Assembly: GCA_035650215.1 (NCBI GenBank)
Contig: DASRIC010000002.1
Location: forward strand, 18,515-82,514
Origin: Thermoleophilaceae bacterium
GTDB taxonomy: Bacteria; Actinomycetota; Thermoleophilia; Solirubrobacterales; Thermoleophilaceae
Reading direction: 5' to 3'
DNA: 64,000 nucleotides
Below are positions 27,100 through 33,188 of this stretch, piece by piece. The translations under genes and the position numbers were made by a program. The notes under the pieces are model-generated. The model did not search any database. It was given only the letters and a program-made list of their open reading frames with translations, and was not told where the DNA came from. Position 1 is the stretch's first letter; every line of letters starts with the position of its first letter.

Positions 27100-28233
27100 A
27101 TGACCGTCCTGAAGAGAGAAGAGCTCGAGGGAAGTCCGCTTGCCGACCTCCACGCGATCGCGTCGGAGCTCGGCCTCGAGGGCTTTCGCACGAAGCGCAA
27201 GGCCGAGTTGATCGCCGCCATCCTCGACGCCACCGGCGACGACGCCGACGCCGAGGAAACGTCCGAGGACACCTCGGAGGACACGTCCGAGGAGACGTCG
27301 GAGGACACCTCCGAGGACACATCGGAAGACACGTCCGAGGGCACGTCCGAGGACACCTCGGAGGGCACCTCCGAGGACGAGGAGCCCGAGGAGCCGAAGC
27401 AGGAGCAGCCCGAGCGCGAGGAGGAGATCGCGAGCGGCGTGCTCGACATCCTCGCCAACGGCAGCGGCTTCGTGCGCGTGGACCCGGCCGGCCAGTCGCG
27501 CGACGACGTGTACGTCTCGCCCGCCCAGATCCGCCGCTGCGAGCTCCGCGCCGGCGACGAGGTGAGCGGGCCGGTGCGCCCGCCGCGCCGCAACGAGCGC
27601 CATCCGTCGCTCGTGCGCGTGGCGACCGTGAACGGGGGGGACGCCGAGCCGCCCGAGGAGCGCCCCTGGTTCGGGGAGCTCACCGCGGTCTTCCCGTCGG
27701 CCCGCCTGTCAGCCCCGGCCGCAATCGCCGAGGTGCCGTTCGGGCGCGGCTCACGGGTTGCGATCTCCGGACCGCCCGGAGCGGGCGCCACCACCCTGCT
27801 GCGCGAGCTGGCCGCCGAGCTGGGCCGCGATGCGGAGCTGGGCGCGCTCGTGGTGCTGGCGGGAGTGAGGCCCGAGGAGCTGGCCGACTGGCAGGCGATC
27901 GAGGGCGTGGCCGCGGTCGGCGGCAGCTTCGACCGCTCGGCCGACGCCCAGGCGCAGGCCGCCGAGCTGGCGATCGAGCGCGCCAAGCGCCGCGTCGAGC
28001 GCGGCGGTCACGCGGTGGTGCTCGTGGACTCCCTCGGCGCTCTCCCGGCCGGGGCCCGCCGCCGTGTGTTCGGCGCCGCGCGCGCCACCCAGGAGGGCGG
28101 GACGCTCACCGTGGTCGCGGCGACGGGCGATGCGCCGGAGGCGCTGCGCTGGGCAACCACCCGGATCGTGCTCGAGCCGGGTGGCCGGGTGGGCGCCGAG
28201 AGCGGAGCCCTGCGCGCCGACGCCCTTACTTGA
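27100..28233 (+). CDS. Rho-like protein with degenerate ATPase motifs
   Basis: Rho_N-like LADLHAIASELGLEGFRTKRKAELIAAIL. CSD-like RNA-binding block GVLDILANGSGFVRV...DVYVSPAQIRRCELRAGDEV. The P-loop reads GPPGAGAT instead of PPKAGKT, Walker-B-like is VVLVDSLG, and RRVFGAARATQEGGTLTVVAT is present. Confidence 0.75.
   Translation: MTVLKREELEGSPLADLHAIASELGLEGFRTKRKAELIAAILDATGDDADAEETSEDTSEDTSEETSEDTSEDTSEDTSEGTSEDTSEGTSEDEEPEEPKQEQPEREEEIASGVLDILANGSGFVRVDPAGQSRDDVYVSPAQIRRCELRAGDEVSGPVRPPRRNERHPSLVRVATVNGGDAEPPEERPWFGELTAVFPSARLSAPAAIAEVPFGRGSRVAISGPPGAGATTLLRELAAELGRDAELGALVVLAGVRPEELADWQAIEGVAAVGGSFDRSADAQAQAAELAIERAKRRVERGGHAVVLVDSLGALPAGARRRVFGAARATQEGGTLTVVAATGDAPEALRWATTRIVLEPGGRVGAESGALRADALT
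27259..27378 (+). repeat. 10 x 12-nt in-frame tandem repeat encoding (T-S-E-D/E/G)10
   Basis: acS-tcS-gaR-gRc units repeat ten times, giving TSEDTSEDTSEETSEDTSEDTSEDTSEGTSEDTSEGTSED inside the Rho-like gene. Confidence 0.9.
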
Positions 28234-29605
28234 CCACGAGCGTCTGGGCCATCGTGGTCGGATGGACCAGGCACACGAGCTTGTAGGTGCCCTTCACCTT
28301 CGGCGTGACCGTGTAGCTGCCCTGGGTCCGGCCCAGGTACACCGACGAGAACCCGCGCGGGCCGTTGGCGACGGTCACGCTGTGCGGCCGGGCGCCGGAG
28401 AAGCTCCAGCTCACCGGCACGCCCACCTTGGCCGTGACCTTCCCGGGCCTGAAGAAGTCGTCTCCGACCGTGAGCGCGTTGCCGTCGAAGGCCGTGAATG
28501 CGCCCTGCGGCCTGGCCAGCTGCGGCACCTCGAGGTCGTAGTTCGGGGTGCGGTCGAAGTGCTTCGGCCGGTTGATGTCGACCATGTCGGTCGGCATCGG
28601 GCCGCAGCGCTTGACCGACTCGTCGCGCACCATGAAGCCGAACCAGAAGCCCATCGAGGCCACGTGGAGGTTGTGGTTGTCGTGAACCGCCACCCGCCGC
28701 AGCACCTCGCCGCCGGTGACCGGCACGCCCTGGCTCGTGGCGAACGTGCCGTTGCCGATCGGGCCGGGCTCGTGAAGGATCGGCCGGATCGTGTTGTACA
28801 CGTGGTCCGGCATGCCGTGATAGGCGCGCGCCTTGTAGATCGTGCGCCCGCAGGTGCGGCTCGAGAGCGTCTGGTACTTCGCGCCGCCGTGCTGATGCGA
28901 GGCGGCGACCATGAGCCGGCCCTTGAACCCCTCGGGCACCGTCCAGTCGCTCGCGGAGACGAAGTTCGAGCCTTTCCGGCCGCCTCCGGGCACGTCGTAG
29001 GCCATGCCGTTCGCGCCGTGCGAGCAGTCGGCGATCACGGTGGGCAGCACCGGGGTGCGCTTCTCGGTGGTGTACCGGACCCTGGTGCGCACGTAGAAGC
29101 TCTTCGGGCGCTTGTAGTGGTTCATCACCATGGCCGTGAGACGCCAGTCGGGCGCGGCGCCCGACTCGGTGCGGTTCGTGATCCCGTACTTGCCGCGGTA
29201 GGGGGCCGGCAGCGCCATCGCGGTGCGCCCGAGCGGGTGCTCCTCGCCGCGACCGCCGATGAAGCCGGAGGAGCCCCAGCAGCTTCCGGGCCCCTGGTTC
29301 ATCGTGCCGGGGGCGAAGTAGAGGAAATGGTGGACCATCATCTTCGCGATCGGCAGCGGCTCGGCGTCCGGGTCCTTGGAGTCCACCAGGGCCATCTCCT
29401 GCCAGCCCGTGATGTAGCCCGGCTTGGCCGGCGCCTGGCTCCCGTCGGCGCTCAGCGGGACGTTGTGGGTGTCATGCACGTACGGCAGCGAGTCGATCTT
29501 GGGGGAGTAGAGCGTGAGCAGCCGCTCCTTGGCGCCGGCCACCGGCGCGGTCACTCCCAACACCACGATCGCTGCGGCCATCCCGGCCACAACCTTGCGC
29601 TTCAC
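28226..29605 (-). CDS. Secreted putative copper protein: PHM/DBH(MtN19)-like ligand pattern plus a C-terminal type-1-Cu cupredoxin domain
   Basis: Signal peptide MKRKVVAGMAAAIVVLGVTAPVAGA. N-terminal ligand candidates are HH(92-93), H163, HxH(237/239) and M318. The C-terminal domain has H408...C445-x2-H448-x3-M452 (CLVHPTTM). The CDS call is solid; the function call is tentative. Confidence 0.7.
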   Translation of the reverse strand: MKRKVVAGMAAAIVVLGVTAPVAGAKERLLTLYSPKIDSLPYVHDTHNVPLSADGSQAPAKPGYITGWQEMALVDSKDPDAEPLPIAKMMVHHFLYFAPGTMNQGPGSCWGSSGFIGGRGEEHPLGRTAMALPAPYRGKYGITNRTESGAAPDWRLTAMVMNHYKRPKSFYVRTRVRYTTEKRTPVLPTVIADCSHGANGMAYDVPGGGRKGSNFVSASDWTVPEGFKGRLMVAASHQHGGAKYQTLSSRTCGRTIYKARAYHGMPDHVYNTIRPILHEPGPIGNGTFATSQGVPVTGGEVLRRVAVHDNHNLHVASMGFWFGFMVRDESVKRCGPMPTDMVDINRPKHFDRTPNYDLEVPQLARPQGAFTAFDGNALTVGDDFFRPGKVTAKVGVPVSWSFSGARPHSVTVANGPRGFSSVYLGRTQGSYTVTPKVKGTYKLVCLVHPTTMAQTLVVK

Positions 29606-29646
29606 CCCGACCTCCCGGTTCTTGCAGCGAGCCTGCGAGAAACAGC

Positions 29647-30114
29647 TTAGCGGCGGTAGGCGACCCGGCGCCAGCTCGGTTCGGGCGAGAGCTCGATGAG
29701 CTCGAAGTTGCGGTCCGGCTGGGCGTATCCGAATGAGGTCGTGTCCTCGTCGAACACGATCTCGAGCTCGCCCTCCATCACGCGCTGGTCGAGCCAGGCG
29801 CCGCGGAACACGAGCCGGCGGATCCAGTGGACGAGCGAGCGGTCGGACGGCCCGTTCAGGTCGATCCAGCAGTCGTTGATGTGCTCACCGAGGTCGGAGT
29901 GCGGCTCGGTCACCTCGCCGTTCACGGCGAGATTCACGAGGTCCTCGCGCTCGTCGTCGCCGAGCGGGGCCTCCACGAAGCTGAGCTTGGTGGCCGCCTG
30001 CTCGACGCGCTCGGTGAAGTCGCGCTCGTTGAACGTGAAGCGCAGCTCACCGTACTCGAGCACATAGTCCGAGCCGGACTCGTAGTTTCCGCGTCGCGCA
30101 GTATCCATACCCAT
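29647..30114 (-). CDS. Hypothetical acidic cytoplasmic protein (155 aa)
   Basis: Clean ORF with normal composition (MGMDTARRGNYESGSDYVLEYGELRFTFNERDF...). No recognisable motif. It is divergent from the large-protein operon. Confidence 0.55.
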   Translation of the reverse strand: MGMDTARRGNYESGSDYVLEYGELRFTFNERDFTERVEQAATKLSFVEAPLGDDEREDLVNLAVNGEVTEPHSDLGEHINDCWIDLNGPSDRSLVHWIRRLVFRGAWLDQRVMEGELEIVFDEDTTSFGYAQPDRNFELIELSPEPSWRRVAYRR

Positions 30115-30225
30115 GGGGGCCGCCGGCGGTGCCGGGTCGTCGGGATACTACGGTCGATTCCTTCGCGGGCGAGAGTGCTGCAACGAGGGTTGCAACAGTT
30201 GGGCGCGCCGGCTCGATCGGGGGCT

Positions 30226-30262
30226 ATGTCAGCGGGTGTGGGCGGGGGTAGGATTTGCGCAA
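30226..30262 (+). promoter_or_regulatory. Candidate promoter (-35 ATGTCA, 17-nt spacer, -10 TAGGAT) with an abutting TTGCGCAA palindrome
   Basis: The hexamers lie about 44 nt upstream of the GTG at 30298. The palindrome TTGCGCAA at 30255-30262 follows the -10 element directly. A related dyad TGCAAC-gagg-GTTGCA lies at 30179-30194. Confidence 0.3.
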
Positions 30263-30297
30263 CCTGACGGTCCCCCATCCCCCAGGGAGCGCCGTAC

Positions 30298-30480
30298 GTG
30301 AGCGACGTTGAAGACTCGCCCCGAAGCTCGCCGCAGTTGGATCGCACGTCGGTCATCAGCCGCAAGGCCAAGGCCGTGATAGCCGGAGTGACCGCGCTGC
30401 TCACGCTCGCGACCGGCGTCCTGACGCTGAAGCTGGTGAGCTCACGAGCCCTCCCGGCGCCGGGATGCGGAGCGGCGTGA
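30298..30480 (+). CDS. Small single-TM protein (60 aa), first ORF of the large-protein operon
   Basis: GTG start. Hydrophilic N-terminus, then KAVIAGVTALLTLATGVLTLKLV (one TM). Its stop TGA (30478-80) overlaps a GTG (30477) of the next gene. Confidence 0.45.
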   Translation: MSDVEDSPRSSPQLDRTSVISRKAKAVIAGVTALLTLATGVLTLKLVSSRALPAPGCGAA

Positions 30481-33188
30481 ACCCGGTCGAGCTGCTGCGT
30501 CACCTCGCGGAACGTCTCTGGGCGCTGGCGCGGGACGCCGCCGACGAGCTCGCCGCGGGCGCCGCCAACTTCCTGCCCGAACCGAACGCGCCGGCGCCGC
30601 TGCAGGGGCGTCTGCTGACCGCCTTCGCGACGCTGCCCCAGACGAACGCGCTGGCCCGGCTCGCCCGAGACATCCTGGGCGAGCTGCCTGAGGGCGGCCC
30701 GATCCGCCTGCACGGCTGGCGGCGCAGCCCGGAGCCGCCGATCGGGGTCGCCCTGGTGCTCACGGAGGGCGACGACAGAGCGGTGCTGGCGATCACGCCC
30801 AGCGACCCGCCCAAGCTCGACGTGGTGGTCACCGCGGGCGCCGCGATCAGCGTCGAGAGCGGGACCGGGCCCTGGCGAGCCCGTGCGGCGGTCTCCTCCG
30901 ACGTCGTGTGGGACGCCGAGCTGTCGCCGAACACGCCGGCCCCCTCGCCGAGCGGGACCGCGACGATCGCCATCCAGCGCGTGGAGCCGTTCCGGATCGG
31001 ACCTCCGCAGGGCCCCGGCTTGTCGGCGCGCACCATCAGCTGCGAGCTGCGGGCGAGCCCCGGCTCGGCCACCTCGTTCCGGCTGAACGCGGAGGAGTTC
31101 AGCGCCGCGCTGCTTCCCGAGCCGATCGCCGCGCTCCTGGGGGCCGGACGGGACCGCGCGACGGCGCCGACGCGGCTCGGCCTGGCGGCCGACGCCCTGG
31201 GCGGGCTCCGTTTCGGTGAGTCGGGCGTCCGGGTGGAGCTGCCCGGGCGGCTGTCGCTTCCCGGCGTGTCCGCGCACGGGTTCGGCCTCGAGCTCGCCGG
31301 GCACGACGCCGGCCTGGCGCTCACGGCGGCGGTGTCCCTGAAGGCGCAGCTGCCGGGCGTCCCGGTGACGGCCCAGATCGAAGGGGTGGGCATCACGGTG
31401 CCGTTCTCGGTCACGAATGCGGCACTCGGCCCACCGAGCGCGATCGAGCCGCCGCTCCCCTCGGGCATCGGCCTCGAGCTCGGCCTGCCGCCGGTCTCGG
31501 GCGGCGGCGACGTGCGCAGGACCGCCACGGGCTACGCGGGCGTCTTCGACGTCGACCTGGGCGTCTTCCGGGTCCAGGCGCTCGGGGTGTTGGAGCCGCC
31601 GGCGGGCGGCCGGCCCACCTCGCTGCTGGCGCTGCTGGCCGCGATGTTCCCCTATCCGGGCATCCAGCTTGGCTTCGGCTTCGCCATCGACGCGGTGGGC
31701 GGGCTCGTGGGCATCAACCGCCGCGTCGACGTCGAGCGGCTGCGCGCGCTCGTTGGCGACGGCCAGGCTGACCGGATCCTGTTCCCGGACAACGCGGTGG
31801 CCCGCGCTCGAGAGATCACGGACTCACTCGACGCGGTGTTCCCCTCGGCCCGCGGTCGCTTCGTGGTCGGCCCGACGGTCCGCATCAACTGGGGAGGGCG
31901 CATGGTCACCCTCGCCGGAGCCGTGGTGCTCGACCTCCCCGGCCCGCGCCAGGTGGTGTTGCTGGGGCGGCTGCTCGTGGCCGTGCCCGACCCGGCCGCG
32001 CCGCTGATCCGGCTGCAGGCGAGCGTGCTCGGCCGGATCGACCCGACGGTCCCGGAGACGGAGCTCCTGGCCTCGCTCGCCGGCTCGCGAATCGTGGCCG
32101 TGCCGGTCGACGGAGAGATCTACCTGCTCGTCCGCGGCGGTCCGCAGGCGGTGTTCGTGCTCTCGGCCGGCGGCTTCCACCCGCGCTACACACGCCCGCC
32201 CGGCGTGCCTGCCCTACGACGGGTGACAATGGACCTGGGCGGCGGCTTCCTGGGCCTGCGCGCCGAGGCGTACCTGGCGGTGACCTCGAACGCCATGATG
32301 TTCGGCGCCAAGCTCCAGCTCGACGCCACGATCGCCGGCTGCGGCGTCGAGGGACATCTCGGACTCGACGCGCTGTTCGTGTGGGAGCCGACCTTCTCGT
32401 TCTCGGTCCACGTCTACGCGAGCGTCGCCGTGCGGGCGTTCGGCAGGCGGCTGGCGAGCGTGGGGCTGGACTTCACCCTCGAGGGACCGGCGCCATGGCA
32501 TGCCTTCGGCACGGGCAGCATCTCGGTGCTGTTCTGGGACGTCTCGCTCGACTTCGACGTGCGCTGGGGCGACGCGCCGGTCGCGCGCCTGGAGGAGCGC
32601 GACATCTTCCCGCTGCTCGAGCGCGCCCTCGCAAATCCCGAGGCCTGGACCGCGGAGCGGCCGCTCGAGCAGCGCAACGGAGTGCGGCTGACCGACGCGG
32701 CGCGGGCCGATCTCACGAACGGCCGCGCGGTGCAGGCGGACGTGACGCTGCGGATCTCCCAGAACGTGGTCCCGCTGGGCGAGCCCATCACGCGCTTCGC
32801 CAGGACGCACATCCCGCGGCAGCAGTGGGACATGCTGGGCGACGGCGCCGCGATCACGGACCGCTTCATCCCGGGCGAGTTCTTCGACCTGACCGAGGAC
32901 GAGCAGCTCACGCTGCCGGCGTTCGCGGAGGTCCAGAGCGGCATCACGATCTCGGAGAGGGACGTGGTCTCGGGGCCGGCGCACGTGGTCGACGACAGCT
33001 ACGAGACCGGGTACAAGGTGGAGCCGGGCTTCCAGCCGGCCGATCCCGGCATCAGCTTCAACCTGACGATCGGGCGCTTCTCACTCGAGCTGTTCGCGCA
33101 CGTCGCGACGCCGTCGGAGCGGCTCGACCGCTGGCGCCTCGCCCAGAAGACGCTGCCGGGCGCCGGGGGACCGGTGCTGATGCGATGA
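30465..33188 (+). CDS. Large hypothetical protein A (907 aa; the start could be GTG 30477)
   Basis: Long ORF with normal residue composition and no signal peptide or TM. The central and C-terminal part is beta-strand-rich: ...GIQLGFGFAIDAVGGLVGINRRVD...GGFHPRYTRPPGVP...LDALFVWEPTFSFSVHVYASVAVRAFG...ISVLFWDVSLDFDVRWGD. Confidence 0.8.
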   Translation: MRSGVNPVELLRHLAERLWALARDAADELAAGAANFLPEPNAPAPLQGRLLTAFATLPQTNALARLARDILGELPEGGPIRLHGWRRSPEPPIGVALVLTEGDDRAVLAITPSDPPKLDVVVTAGAAISVESGTGPWRARAAVSSDVVWDAELSPNTPAPSPSGTATIAIQRVEPFRIGPPQGPGLSARTISCELRASPGSATSFRLNAEEFSAALLPEPIAALLGAGRDRATAPTRLGLAADALGGLRFGESGVRVELPGRLSLPGVSAHGFGLELAGHDAGLALTAAVSLKAQLPGVPVTAQIEGVGITVPFSVTNAALGPPSAIEPPLPSGIGLELGLPPVSGGGDVRRTATGYAGVFDVDLGVFRVQALGVLEPPAGGRPTSLLALLAAMFPYPGIQLGFGFAIDAVGGLVGINRRVDVERLRALVGDGQADRILFPDNAVARAREITDSLDAVFPSARGRFVVGPTVRINWGGRMVTLAGAVVLDLPGPRQVVLLGRLLVAVPDPAAPLIRLQASVLGRIDPTVPETELLASLAGSRIVAVPVDGEIYLLVRGGPQAVFVLSAGGFHPRYTRPPGVPALRRVTMDLGGGFLGLRAEAYLAVTSNAMMFGAKLQLDATIAGCGVEGHLGLDALFVWEPTFSFSVHVYASVAVRAFGRRLASVGLDFTLEGPAPWHAFGTGSISVLFWDVSLDFDVRWGDAPVARLEERDIFPLLERALANPEAWTAERPLEQRNGVRLTDAARADLTNGRAVQADVTLRISQNVVPLGEPITRFARTHIPRQQWDMLGDGAAITDRFIPGEFFDLTEDEQLTLPAFAEVQSGITISERDVVSGPAHVVDDSYETGYKVEPGFQPADPGISFNLTIGRFSLELFAHVATPSERLDRWRLAQKTLPGAGGPVLMR

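Noticed and set aside
27259-27378. Tandem repeat considered as a possible CRISPR or minisatellite
   Set aside because: The units are 12 nt, contiguous with no spacers, in frame and inside a CDS. It is a coding peptide repeat, not a CRISPR array. No CRISPR-like repeat-spacer structure was seen anywhere in the window.
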